Shown: positions 13,915 to 26,611, counted from the first letter of the whole stretch. The stretch: 63,703 nucleotides of DNA, filler included, from Octopus bimaculoides (GCF_001194135.2; 7 parts of 6 records of this genome joined end to end with filler, not necessarily neighbours in it), one strand, 5' to 3'. Notes: generated by a model from the letters alone, not told the origin. Program-made: numbers and translations.

Positions 13915-14204
13915 TGTAGTAGTAGTAGTAGTAGATAGTGCCTTGTTGGATTTGTTGGAAGTTGTCACTATCAGACTACACAAAAGGTTTTGCAGCATTT
14001 AGTTATGCCATTTTACATTGTAAGAGTTCAAATCCTCATGGGGGTCAGTTCTGTTTTGCCGTCTTTCCAGGCCTACAAAACAATGCACCAATCAAGTACA
14101 GGAATCAATGAGACCAAATGTATTGATTTTAACAGTCTTATCAATGCTTTCGGTGATAACAATACATACACACATAGACACACAAACACAAACGCACAAA
14201 CACA

Positions 14205-14258
<54 letters not shown>

Positions 14259-14268
14259 NNNNNNNNNN

Positions 14269-14325
<57 letters not shown>

Positions 14326-15194
14326 CGTATGTACACATACATTTTGCCAAGTGTGAATGTTAGTGTGGAAATAGAATCAGCTTTGCCAACATTGCAGCTG
14401 ATGGGCACAGAAAAATTTTAGTCATGGATAAAATCCAGCCAGAGAAGGAAGCTTGGCAACAGTGTGTCACAAAAGTGTGTACCCCTTTGCTTGAGGAGTT
14501 TACCTAAGAACAAGCAAAGAGAAAACTCACATACTTTTGCTTCTCAAAAAGCAGAGAGGCATTTATTCAATTTTTCCTGAAAAGGACAGCTTAGGGAAGC
14601 CGTGAACAATGTGTTGAGTACTATGTTATTGTCCATTGACTGGGGCAAGGTTTATGGAAGTGTCTGTCTGATCTTCAAGAGTAACTTTGCAAAACACCAT
14701 TTGAATATTTATGGATGTGTTTGCAAATTGAAGGTAAATGAAAGTTTTTTCTTCATTAGAAAATCAGAGACTTTTGAACATTTTTATATTTTATTTCAAA
14801 ATGAAATAAAATAAAAAAGATTGCTTTCTGACAATTTTGTTATCTCTTGGGATATTTCTTTTCTTTTCTTTTCTTTTTTTTTTTCTCGTAAGCATGGTGA
14901 CTTATGAAGATAACAAAGATTTACCTTCAAGGAAAAGTAAAAATAATGTACCAATACTGACATACAACCACGACTTAATCTTCAGTTGTGAGTGTGTATT
15001 ATTTGAGTTGAAAACTAATTACATCAAGATTTTATCATGATACTGCTAGAATGAAGTTATTATGAAGAAATTCAGTTTCAGTTAATGCATTTTCAAGGAA
15101 TTTATTGGAGGGGAGTGTGAGAGCAAATAAGAAAACAAGAGTTTGACATAATTAACGGACTTCCAGAACCTTAGTTTCCCTGAAGTCCATGGAT

Positions 15195-15965
15195 CTTCTT
15201 GAGCACTGGTTATCATTTTTTCATCCCAAGCATTTATCATCTCCTCCATTAACTTCAAAATCTTGAGAAAAGCCTCTTCACTTTTTCATTTTACACCTTC
15301 CTGAATCTTCTTCTTTCTCAAGTGCCATCCACTCTAAGCAATCAGTACCTTTTTATTGTCACCCATACACATCACATGACCATGCCTGCACAGCCTTCTC
15401 TCTCTTGCATAGTTTCTCTAATGCTTCTTATGTGCAATTTTTCTCTTAACACAAATTTTATTGTTCCTGCACACATATGTTGCACATCCATACTAGCTTC
15501 ATTCCTTTCTAACCTTTGTATGCCCTTGGCATACAGGGCCCATTGTCTCATTATCATGTAGTATTGCTGTTTGTATACAAGCATTATACAATCTGCCTTT
15601 CTCTTTGAGAGAAGAACCTTTTGTTACCAACAAAGGTAATAGCTCTCTGAACTTTCTCCATCCTATTATTATTCTAGCAACTTTCCCCCACTGCTGATTA
15701 GATCAGCAGGGTAACACAAACAGTGTACAATCTCTTGGAAACTTTTTGGACATTCAAGAAAACCTGTTTTTCTTGCACTCTTATTATTCATTGCCACAAA
15801 CAAAGTCCACTTCCTCTATAATTCTTCCCTGTATTCTACGGCACTTCTAGTGTGTCCATAGCTTGCTGATTGGGTACACCGTATGGAATTCCTACCCACT
15901 CCCTTTTCGACATACTAAAACATTGGTCTTTGCAAAGTTAACTTGGAGTCCATTTGGTTCCAGGT
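15195..15965 (-). mobile_element. Decayed RTE-clade LINE, 3' part of RT ORF, intronic and antisense to SLC17
   Basis: Remnants VNFAKTNVLVCRKGVGRNSIRCTQ, RIGWRKFRELLPLLVTKG and QRLERNEASM...VLREKLHIRSIRETMQER, typical of the RTE ORF C-terminus. Confidence 0.85.
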
Positions 15966-16329
15966 TTTACTTATGTATGCATATATGTATGTAACTATGT
16001 ATGCAAATATATACACACATATTTGTGTGTGTGTCTGTGTCTGCATATTGTGATATAAGCTCTTTCTGTATACAAACCACCCACACATTTCACTACCACA
16101 ATACATATACATACCCACATACAAAAATATATATACATACATACACTCATAAAACCAGGTGTATGGATGCTATTATGTAATGTCTCCTTCTCTCTCTCTC
16201 TCTATCTCTCTCTCTCTATCCCTACACACACACACATACATGCCTACATGCATGCCATTATATATAATCTCTTATTATACATACATATATCCACACATGC
16301 TCACACACACACACATACACAAAAACACA

Positions 16330-16377
<48 letters not shown>

Positions 16378-17349
16378 NNNNNNNNNNNNNNNNNNNNNNN
16401 NNNNNNNNNNNNNNNNNNNNNNNNNNNNNNNNNNNNNNNNNNNNNNNNNNNNNNNNNNNNNNNNNNNNNNNNNNNNNNNNNNNNNNNNNNNNNNNNNNNN
16501 NNNNNNNNNNNNNNNNNNNNNNNNNNNNNNNNNNNNNNNNNNNNNNNNNNNNNNNNNNNNNNNNNNNNNNNNNNNNNNNNNNNNNNNNNNNNNNNNNNNN
16601 NNNNNNNNNNNNNNNNNNNNNNNNNNNNNNNNNNNNNNNNNNNNNNNNNNNNNNNNNNNNNNNNNNNNNNNNNNNNNNNNNNNNNNNNNNNNNNNNNNNN
16701 NNNNNNNNNNNNNNNNNNNNNNNNNNNNNNNNNNNNNNNNNNNNNNNNNNNNNNNNNNNNNNNNNNNNNNNNNNNNNNNNNNNNNNNNNNNNNNNNNNNN
16801 NNNNNNNNNNNNNNNNNNNNNNNNNNNNNNNNNNNNNNNNNNNNNNNNNNNNNNNNNNNNNNNNNNNNNNNNNNNAAGAAAAAAATACAAACAAAATATA
16901 AACAAAGATAATAAAAAGTATAAAAAACAAAACAAAACAAAACGGAAAAACCAATCAATAAGAAAATCAAAAATCAATGAAGCATGAATTAAACATCACA
17001 TGATTTTTATTTACTTTTTTTTATTTCTAATCTCCATTCTTTCATACATATTTGTTCCTTTTTTATTTTTATTTTATTTCATTTTATATTATTTTATTAT
17101 ATTTTCACTATATTATTTCTCTTTCTTATTTTTAATGTCTGAGCTATCCATTATGGAGTGGCTTCAGCAATCCACCCATGCCTTCCACTCACCACCATTA
17201 CTGGCCAGCGGACATTTCATTTATTTATTTATTATGTCTATTGGTAGAACTGGTGCAGATATCCTTGTTACACACCAGTTATAATTCGGTCATGATTCCT
17301 CTAACGAAAACAGCTGCATTCCTTTTAAAATAATGCAAAATTATTCCAG

Positions 17350-17715
17350 ACACACCAAGTTACAACCCAGTTACATCTCCGTCACAATGCAGACCACTCC
17401 ATTTACACTCAGTCACACCAAGTTTCATTTCAGTAACTTCATAACCACTCCAGTTACATCTCTGTCACAACCCACTTCACTCCAGTTACACCTAGTCACA
17501 CCAAGTTTCATTTCAGTAACTACATAACCACTACAGTTACATCTCTGTCACAACCCATTTCACTCCAGTTACACCCAGTCACACCAACTTGCATCTCTGT
17601 CACAACCCAGACACTCTAGTTACATCACTGCCACAATCCAGGCAACTCCAGTTATATCCCAGTCTGGCCAAGTTACATCACTCTCGCAACCCAAATCACT
17701 TCAGTTACATCCTAG
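17350..17715. repeat. Minisatellite, 83-bp unit built on ccagttaca sub-repeats
   Basis: agtcacacca recurs at 17411, 17494 and 17577 (period 83), with degenerate flanks. Confidence 0.9.
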
Positions 17716-18112
17716 TGGAGGTGGTGGTGGTGGTGGTGTAGACAATGCTGGTGATGGTGTTGGCAGTGGTGGTAATGATGATGATGGTAGTGGTGGTGGT
17801 GGTGGTGATGGCCATGATGGTAGTGGTGGTGTTGGCAGTGGTGGTGATGATGGTGATGGTGTGGGTGGTGGTCATAATGATGGTGGCAATGGTGGGGGAG
17901 AGGTGACTTTGATGGTGGTGATAGTATTAATGGTAGTGGCAGTGATGGTGGTGGTGATGGTGGTGGTCATGATGGTGGCACTAGTGGTCATGGTGGTCGT
18001 AGTGACTTTGGTGGCTGTCGCGATGAAGTTGGTGATGGTGAAAGGAGGAGTAACAATGACGGTGGTCGTCGTCATTGTGGTGGTGGTCATGGTGGTAGTG
18101 GCCGTGGTGCAT
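17715..18112. repeat. Degenerate (GGT)n/(GAT)n field
   Basis: Direct reading. Source of the poly-V/M and poly-T ORFs in the track. Confidence 0.9.
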
Positions 18113-18724
18113 GTTAATGGAAATCTTCTTCATAACCTCTGTAACAAAGGAAAAAAAAACTTCGACTCCTCTCTAAGCCATTAAACCATTAAACAATTTA
18201 AATTAAGAAATTTTTTAAATAATAACAACAACAACCACAACAATATTAATAATAATAATAATAACAATTAATTATCAAATAGCATTATTAAAATAATTCT
18301 TCTCACTCAGACATCTTCAGTAAAGCACTCAAAAGAGAGTGAGGTACCAGACATACACCACCATCATTGTGATGGTTCTCCCTCTGCTGCCACCAACGAT
18401 GTATCCCACCACCACCCCCATCTTTTGTTTTATTAATGAAAAGACAAATTAAAACTTACATCCGTATAACAATCCTTCTTTCTTTCTCTCTTTCTTTCTT
18501 TCTTTCTTTCTTATGCTCTTTGACTGGTTTAAAAGACTTAAAAACCTAAAGCTTTAAGTAATTTGAAGCTGAATCAACCTGTTAATGTGTATATGTATAT
18601 ATGTGCGTGTATGTATGTATATATATATATAGATAGATAGATAGATAGATAGAGAGATAGAGAGAGAGACAGAGGAGAGAGAGAGACAGATAGACAGACA
18701 GAGACAGAGATAGAGAGAGAGTTA

Positions 18725-18900
18725 CAGGCATGGCTGTGTGGTAAGAAGTTTGCTTCCCAACCACATGGTTCCGGGTTCAGTCCCATTGCATTACACCTTG
18801 GGCAAGTATCTTTTTACTAAAGCTCTGGTCCAACCAAAGCCATGTGCATGGAATTTATAGATTGAAATTGAAAGAAGCCCATGGTGTGTGTATGTGTTGT
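18725..18900 (+). mobile_element. tRNA-derived SINE family B head, intronic in SLC17
   Basis: ggcatggctgtgtggtaagaag...ggttccgggttcagtccc...accttgggcaagtatct...aagaagccc followed by TG/CA repeats. Confidence 0.85.
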
Positions 18901-19566
18901 GAACACACACTCACACACACTCACACACACACACACACTCACACATAACACAACACACATACTCGCTCTCTCTCTCTCTCTCTCACTCACACACAGACAC
19001 ACACACACATGCACACACACATGCGCGCACACGCACACACACACACAGAGATGCATCCAACACCAACTGACCATCTGCAAAAGACAAGCTGTCCAAAGCA
19101 ATAAGACCAGCCAAAGCTCTCTGTCTTTGCCAACAAATGGACAAAAGAAGAGAAAACAAGCCACTGACCAGTCACTGACCAATCAACTGGCAGTGGACTC
19201 ACTAATTGTATTCTATCAGGGGATTCGACCAAACTGAAAACTGTCGCCAACTTGTTGGCAAACACACAAATCGTATGAAATATAAATGTCTACAGATATA
19301 TATATATATGCATGTGTGTATATATGCACGTGTGTGTATGGGTGTGCATGTATATGTGTGTGTGTGTATATATACATAAACATATATATATATATATATA
19401 AATCTATATATGTATGTATATTTATATATATGTATGTATATATGTAAATGTATGTGTGTATGTGTGTATATGTTTGTATGCATGTATGTATGTTTGTATG
19501 CACATGTGTATGTGTGTGTTCTGTGTGTTTATATATGTGCAAACAAAATACTTTTTTGTATATACA

Positions 19567-19617
<51 letters not shown>

Positions 19618-21097
19618 GTACATATATTTAATCACTTGGTATATTTCTTCATCTCCCTCACTCACTCTCTCTCACTCTCTACCTCTATACACACACATAC
19701 ATACATACACAGATACATACACACATACATATATATATANNNNNNNNNNNNNNNNNNNNNNNNNNNNNNNNNNNNNNNNNNNNNNNNNNNNNNNNNNNNN
19801 NNNNNNNNNNNNNNNNNNNNNNNNNNNNNNNNNNNNNNNNNNNNNNNNNNNNNNNNNNNNNNNNNNNNNNNNNNNNNNNNNNNNNNNNNNNNNNNNNNNN
19901 NNNNNNNNNNNNNNNNNNNNNNNNNNNNNNNNNNNNNNNNNNNNNNNNNNNNNNNNNNNNNNNNNNNNNNNNNNNNNNNNNNNNNNNNNNNNNNNNNNNN
20001 NNNNNNNNNNNNNNNNNNNNNNNNNNNNNNNNNNNNNNNNNNNNNNNNNNNNNNNNNNNNNNNNNNNNNNNNNNNNNNNNNNNNNNNNNNNNNNNNNNNN
20101 NNNNNNNNNNNNNNNNNNNNNNNNNNNNNNNNNNNNNNNNNNNNNNNNNNNNNNNNNNNNNNNNNNNNNNNNNNNNNNNNNNNNNNNNNNNNNNNNNNNN
20201 NNNNNNNNNNNNNNNNNNNNNNNNNNNNNNNNNNNNNNNNNNNNNNNNNNNNNNNNNNNNNNNNNNNNNNNNNNNNNNNNNNNNNNNNNNNNNNNNNNNN
20301 NNNNNNNNNNNNNNNNNNNNNNNNNNNNNNNNNNNNNNNNNNNNNNNNNNNNNNNNNNNNNNNNNNNNNNNNNNNNNNNNNNNNNNNNNNNNNNNNNNNN
20401 NNNNNNNNNNNNNNNNNNNNNNNNNNNNNNNNNNNNNNNNNNNNNNNNNNNNNNNNNNNNNNNNNNNNNNNNNNNNNNNNNNNNNNNNNNNNNNNNNNNN
20501 NNNNNNNNNNNNNNNNNNNNNNNNNNNNNNNNNNNNNNNNNNNNNNNNNNNNNNNNNNNNNNNNNNNNNNNNNNNNNNNNNNNNNNNNNNNNNNNNNNNN
20601 NNNNNNNNNNNNNNNNNNNNNNNNNNNNNNNNNNNNNNNNNNNNNNNNNNNNNNNNNNNNNNNNNNNNNNNNNNNNNNNNNNNNNNNNNNNNNNNNNNNN
20701 NNNNNNNNNNNNNNNNNNNNNNNNNNNNNNNNNAAATATGTATGCATATATGTGTGTGTGTGTGTGTGCTTGTCAAATACCAATATAGCCAATGCAGGTT
20801 CATATATTAAGCACATAAACACACACGCACAGAGGCACACATGCACACACGCACGCGCGCGCACTTACAACATACGTATGCAAACATATACACACCTATG
20901 TCTGTATGTGGGTATATTTGTCTGTGTGAAAGTATGTGTATATAAACATACATACATGAATTAATTAATATACAAATATATATGTGTGTGTGTGTGTGTG
21001 TGTATACAAATATAGATATATATGTCAATGCATATATGAGGATGCTAATAAAATCTAGATTAATAGAGAAACGTATTTGTCTGTGTGTATAGGTTTA

Positions 21098-21133
<36 letters not shown>

Positions 21134-21186
21134 CACGTATATACATGTACATATGTATATTGTGTATATATATATANNNNNNNNNN

Positions 21187-21261
<75 letters not shown>

Positions 21262-22469
21262 TATATACATATATATATTGTATATATATATATACCTATA
21301 TATACATATACATGTAAATACATGCACATATATATACACATATACATACACATACATATATGCATATGTGTATGTGAGTGTGTGTGCGTGTATGCGTGTG
21401 TATACACACATACATATATGTGTGTGTATATATCTATCAATATATATATACAGATTATATATATATATATGTATGTATATATCTACAGATATATATATAT
21501 ATGTGTATATATANNNNNNNNNNNNNNNNNNNNNNNNNNNNNNNNNNNNNNNNNNNNNNNNNNNNNNNNNNNNNNNNNNNNNNNNNNNNNNNNNNNNNNN
21601 NNNNNNNNNNNNNNNNNNNNNNNNNNNNNNNNNNNNNNNNNNNNNNNNNNNNNNNNNNNNNNNNNNNNNNNNNNNNNNNNNNNNNNNNNNNNNNNNNNNN
21701 NNNNNNNNNNNNNNNNNNNNNNNNNNNNNNNNNNNNNNNNNNNNNNNNNNNNNNNNNNNNNNNNNNNNNNNNNNNNNNNNNNNNNNNNNNNNNNNNNNNN
21801 NNNNNNNNNNNNNNNNNNNNNNNNNNNNNNNNNNNNNNNNNNNNNNNNNNNNNNNNNNNNNNNNNNNNNNNNNNNNNNNNNNNNNNNNNNNNNNNNNNNN
21901 NNNNNNNNNNNNNNNNNNNNNNNNNNNNNNNNNNNNNNNNNNNNNNNNNNNNNNNNNNNNNNNNNNNNNNNNNNNNNNNNNNNNNNNNNNNNNNNNNNNN
22001 NNNNNNNNNNNNNNNNNNNNNNNNNNNNNNNNNNNNNNNNNNNNNNNNNNNNNNNNNNNNNNNNNNNNNNNNNNNNNNNNNNNNNNNNNNNNNNNNNNNN
22101 NNNNNNNNNNNNNNNNNNNNNNNNNNNNNNNNNNNNNNNNNNNNNNNNNNNNNNNNNNNNNNNNNNNNNNNNNNNNNNNNNNNNNNNNNNNNNNNNNNNN
22201 NNNNNNNNNNNNNNNNNNNNNNNNNNNNNNNNNNNNNNNNNNNNNNNNNNNNNNNNNNNNNNNNNNNNNNNNNNNNNNNNNNNNNNNNNNNNNNNNNNNN
22301 NNNNNNNNNNNNNNNNNNNNNNNNNNNNNNNNNNNNNNNNNNNNNNNNNNNNNNNNNNNNNNNNNNNNNNNNNNNNNNNNNNNNNNNNNNNNNNNNNNNN
22401 NNNNNNNNNNNNNNNNNNNNNNNNNNNNTATATTATGGTTATTTGCTCATTATGTGAAATGCTGAATGC

Positions 22470-22476
22470 TGCAGCT

Positions 22477-22519
<43 letters not shown>

Positions 22520-22653
22520 TATATATATTCTTTTACTTATTTCAGTCATTTGACTGTGGCCATGCTGGAGCACCGCCTTTAAATTATGATCTAAATCTTT
22601 CTAGCAATCTTCATTTGATGTTATACCATCAACACAATTATCATCACCACCAC

Positions 22654-22710
<57 letters not shown>

Positions 22711-22955
22711 TCTCAATATCACCACCACCACCACCATCATAACCACCACTTCCCTTATTGGTATCCCTACTACCACCATTCTCCCCTACCTCCTTTTCCT
22801 CTCCTCATCAATGTCATCATCATCATCATCATGACCTTCACCACCACCACCACCACCACCACCACCATCATCTTCATCACCATTAACATCACCATCATCT
22901 ACATCAATAATCATTATCCTCATCATCATCATCATCGTTATCTCCATAATCATAA
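22470..22955. repeat. (GCT)(GAT)(CAT)(CAC) trinucleotide field upstream of the TM7 exon
   Basis: Direct reading. Source of the poly-H ORF in the track. Confidence 0.9.
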
Positions 22956-23007
22956 TTAACAGTAACTGAAGGACATCCTTACTTTGACCCTTTCCTTTCT
23001 TTAACAG

Positions 23008-23157
23008 AACTTGAAGCCCCCATGGGTCAAGATCCTTTCCTCTCTCCCCGTTTGGGCCATTGTCATTGCCCATTTTGCCGAAAACTGGGGATTCTACACG
23101 TGGCTTACCGAACTTCCAGCATACATGCACAATGTTCTGAAATACGATATCGAACAG
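23008..23157 (+). CDS. SLC17A5: Sialin-like SLC17 exon (TM7)
   Basis: tttaacag acceptor and CAG|gtttgt donor. 150 nt, phase 0/0, reading NLKPPWVKILSSLPVWAIVIAHFAENWGFYTWLTELPAYMHNVLKYDIEQ. Confidence 0.95.
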
Positions 23158-23199
23158 GTTTGTATCAATCTTTGATCTTTGACTTGTTTTAGGCATTAG

Positions 23200-23390
23200 A
23201 ACGCAGCCATGCTGCGGCACTGCTTTGAAGAATTTTGTTTAGTCAAATGAATCAACCCCATATTTGTTTTTGTTTTTTTTTTATCGGTCTCTTTTGTTGA
23301 ACTACTAAGTTACAGCGGGGGGTGGCTTAAACTCACCAGCACTGGTTGTCAAGCAGTGGTGGAGGACAAACACAGACACAAAGACACATA
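23200..23390 (-). mobile_element. SINE family D tail just downstream of the SLC17 TM7 exon
   Basis: gcagccatgctgcggcac...tcggtctcttttgttgaactactaagttac...ggttgtcaagc. Confidence 0.75.
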
Positions 23391-23430
23391 TACACATGGA
23401 TAAATATATATATAAATATATATACACATA

Positions 23431-23470
<40 letters not shown>

Positions 23471-23472
23471 TA

Positions 23473-23572
23473 NNNNNNNNNNNNNNNNNNNNNNNNNNNN
23501 NNNNNNNNNNNNNNNNTTAATTAATTAANNNNNNNNNNNNNNNNNNNNNNNNNNNNNNNNNNNNNNNNNNNN
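23473..23572. other. Artificial scaffold spacer (44 N + TTAATTAATTAA + 44 N)
   Basis: Exactly 100 bp. The 12-mer has stops in all six frames. Confidence 0.95.
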
Positions 23573-23599
23573 AAAAAAAAAAAAAAAAAATACAAAAAG

Positions 23600-23835
23600 A
23601 ACTTTGAAATTACGGGGGCAGAAACAAACCAGCATCGGTTGTCAAGCGGTGGTACAACAAACTCAAAAACACGCCCCCCATCACACACTCACAAATAGTA
23701 TACACGACAGACTTCCACACAATTCCCGTCTACCAAGTTCACCCACAAGGTATTGGTCAGCCCGGGGCTATAAGCAAAAGAAACTTGCTCAAGGTGCCAC
23801 GCTGTGTGAGACTCAACACGAACCCATAACCCCAC
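23600..23835 (-). mobile_element. Composite B-D SINE, inverted relative to 23945-24220
   Basis: ttacgggggcag...catcggttgtcaagc and caaggtgccacgctgtgtgagactcaacacgaacc are the reverse complement of the B-D consensus. Confidence 0.75.
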
Positions 23836-23944
23836 AACCATGCCTGTGCTGATACAGCTGTACTAATTTGGGATCTAATTTAGTCTTTCCCCCTTTACAC
23901 AATTCAAAACCCGTCTCTGACAAAATAACAAGGCTTTTTTGTCA

Positions 23945-24220
23945 AGACAACTCTTGGGCCTTGTGAGTGGATTTGGTAGACGGAAACTGAAAGAAGCCCG
24001 TCGTATATATATATGTGTGTTTGTGAGTCTGTGTTTGTCTCCCCAACATCGCTTGACAACCGACGTTTGTGTATTTACATCCCCGCAACTTAGCGGTTCG
24101 GCAAAAGAGACCGATAGAATAAGTACTAGGGTAACAAAGAATAAGTCCTGGGATTGATTTGTTCGATTAAAAGCGGTGCTCCAGCATGGCCGTAGTCAAA
24201 TGACTGAAACAACTAAAAGA
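23945..24220 (+). mobile_element. Composite B-D SINE, 3' portion
   Basis: ggatttggtagacggaaactgaaagaagcccgtcg, then (TA)(TG), then catcgcttgacaacc...gcggtgctccagcatggccg. Confidence 0.85.
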
Positions 24221-25105
24221 ATATATATATATATATATATACACCAGAAGATATTAAGTGAAATATATAAATATACACGCGCATATACACACACACACAC
24301 ACGCACCAAGATGATATTTAGTACTCGACAAGATATTTCTGGAATGTTTTGTTTATTAAAACATATCTAAAGCAGACACGTTAAGCATTTCNNNNNNNNN
24401 NNNNNNNNNNNNNNNNNNNNNNNNNNNNNNNNNNNNNNNNNNNNNNNNNNNNNNNNNNNNNNNNNNNNNNNNNNNNNNNNNNNNNNNNNNNNNNNNNNNN
24501 NNNNNNNNNNNNNNNNNNNNNNNNNNNNNNNNNNNNNNNNNNNNNNNNNNNNNNNNNNNNNNNNNNNNNNNNNNNNNNNNNNNNNNNNNNNNNNNNNNNN
24601 NNNNNNNNNNNNNNNNNNNNNNNNNNNNNNNNNNNNNNNNNNNNNNNNNNNNNNNNNNNNNNNNNNNNNNNNNNNNNNNNNNNNNNNNNNNNNNNNNNNN
24701 NNNNNNNNNNNNNNNNNNNNNNNNNNNNNNNNNNNNNNNNNNNNNNNNNNNNNNNNNNNNNNNNNNNNNNNNNNNNNNNNNNNNNNNNNNNNNNNNNNNN
24801 NNNNNNNNNNNNNNNNNNNNNNNNNNNNNNNNNNNNNNNNNNNNNNNNNNNNNNNNNNNNNNNNNNNNNNNNNNNNNNNNNNNNNNNNNNNNNNNNNNNN
24901 NNNNNNNNNNNNNNNNNNNNNNNNNNNNNNNNNNNNNNNNNNATCCTGAGGTTTTCTTTTGAAGAAATGCGTTTCTCAAGGGAAACCGATAACAAAAAAA
25001 CATTGAAAGTTCTTCGTTTGCGAATAAATACAGTAAATAAATAAATGAATAATAATAATAATAATTATAATAATAATAATTATAATAATAATAATAATAA
25101 TAATA

Positions 25106-25295
25106 AACACCAGGACTTACAAATATATATAGCATATAGAAAATTGCACTATTGGGCACTGCACACATCCTACGCAAAACACTTTCAATACAGTAACCAT
25201 AAGAGCATCACAGCAAACCACAGCACATACCCAAGGCACACAGAGCTGCGCTCGGTAGTGAAGTGAAAGCACGCTATAAAAATAAAACTACTGAA
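25106..25295 (+). mobile_element. Short 3' end copy of the same R4/Dong family
   Basis: KIALLGTAHILRKTLSI plus a 3' UTR (aaaccacagcacatacccaaggcacacagagctgcgctc...aaaactactgaa) closely matching the reverse complement of 43180-43350. (AAT)n on both sides. Confidence 0.9.
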
Positions 25296-25589
25296 CAATG
25301 ATAATAATAATTACTATTATTATTGTTTATTTAATATAATAATAATAATTTCTTTTATTTGCCATCCGGGCAAAGGATGAAGGAGACAATACAAAGACAG
25401 AAGTGTTGGAGTTTACATATAATGGAATAATAAAAAAAAGGAAGAATATACACGTTATACATTTAAAGAAGGGAAGTGTACATAGTATATGGCACTAGAA
25501 GAAAATAAAACGTGATAGTGATGGGGTCCTCCTGATACGGAAGGACTTCTAGGGATAATCGAGAAACCCCACGATCCAAGATCACCTTG

Positions 25590-25745
25590 AAATAATAGTT
25601 TAGTGCAGCTCCAGAAAACAGTGTTACCAGGGACAGCTAGGATACTTAGAAAGGTTCTTGGTATCAAAGGTCACTTGCGACCCGATGTTAGGATGTTTTT
25701 TCTTTTCCAACAGTTTAATCTGTTGTGCGTAAATGGGATAATAAT
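25590..25745 (+). mobile_element. 3' end of a second R4-like family
   Basis: Reads QLQKTVLPGTARILRKVL, similar to the conserved R4-clade ORF terminus, followed by a short UTR and (AAT)n. Confidence 0.65.
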
Positions 25746-26558
25746 AATAATAATAATTCCCCTTGATTTTCTTTGTTTACTTTTTATTTTCTATTTTAAA
25801 AAAAATTATTTTTTCTCTCTGTCTTTCTCCCCCTTTTCCTCTATTACATGACTTTGCAAATGAACAATCTGGTGTGTTTATTTGGATGGCCTACCATTGT
25901 ATACAGTGCATTTCTCTGCCCTAGGTGTCAGGAAGACACTCGGCAAGAAATGCAAACAGAATTGAAAGAAGATGTTAATGAAAATAATAACAATAATAAT
26001 AATAATAATAATAAATTGGTAGATAAATAAATAAACATCTGATTTGAACGACGTAAAGCATTCGATAAAAACAAATACAGCAGTTGTATGCCATACGAAA
26101 ATAAGCGATCAGAAGCAAAGGTGTTGAACCTAAACAATAAACCTTCAGTGTGACACGAGAAACCCAAAACTTATTGCCCTTATTTACCGGGATTAAGTGT
26201 TATCATCTGCACCAGGATCGCATGAATACTTCACACGTTACAATAGCTGGTTTATTCTTTCGCGAATGTCATGGCTCTTCAGAGCCGCTATCTAAATCTA
26301 GTATCAGTGACGTTGAGTTAAATGGCGAATATTCACCGGGATAGGTTACTAGTCCTGTTACAAGTTGATTTCCCAGAGGTTTTCGAATTATGTTTGAAAA
26401 AGCGTCTTATCTCGACACTGACATAAAATTTGTGTTGGACTCTTTCGTCCAACTCATACGATGTTTAGTAGTCCAAAGCCTTGGTCACACAGGCAATCAA
26501 TTCTTGCACCATTTAACATAGCCACCTTAATTATTTCCATCTTCATCGATACACACAC

Positions 26559-26611
<53 letters not shown>

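Noticed and set aside
17333-17527. Thr/Ser/Pro-rich mucin-like ORF
   Set aside because: It derives from an 83-bp (non-triplet) minisatellite, the frame is not maintained, and there are no splice signals.
22786-23220. Minus-strand 144-aa ORF
   Set aside because: Antisense of the SLC17 TM7 exon plus a trinucleotide repeat.
23517-23528. TTAATTAATTAA recurring six times (possible regulatory or homeobox motif, or CRISPR-like repeat)
   Set aside because: Always centred in exactly 44 N + 44 N, so it is an assembly spacer.
25860-25960. LFGWPTIVY, resembling the SLC17 GWPSVFY motif
   Set aside because: Wrong position in the exon order, beyond a scaffold spacer, no splice sites, and the context does not match.
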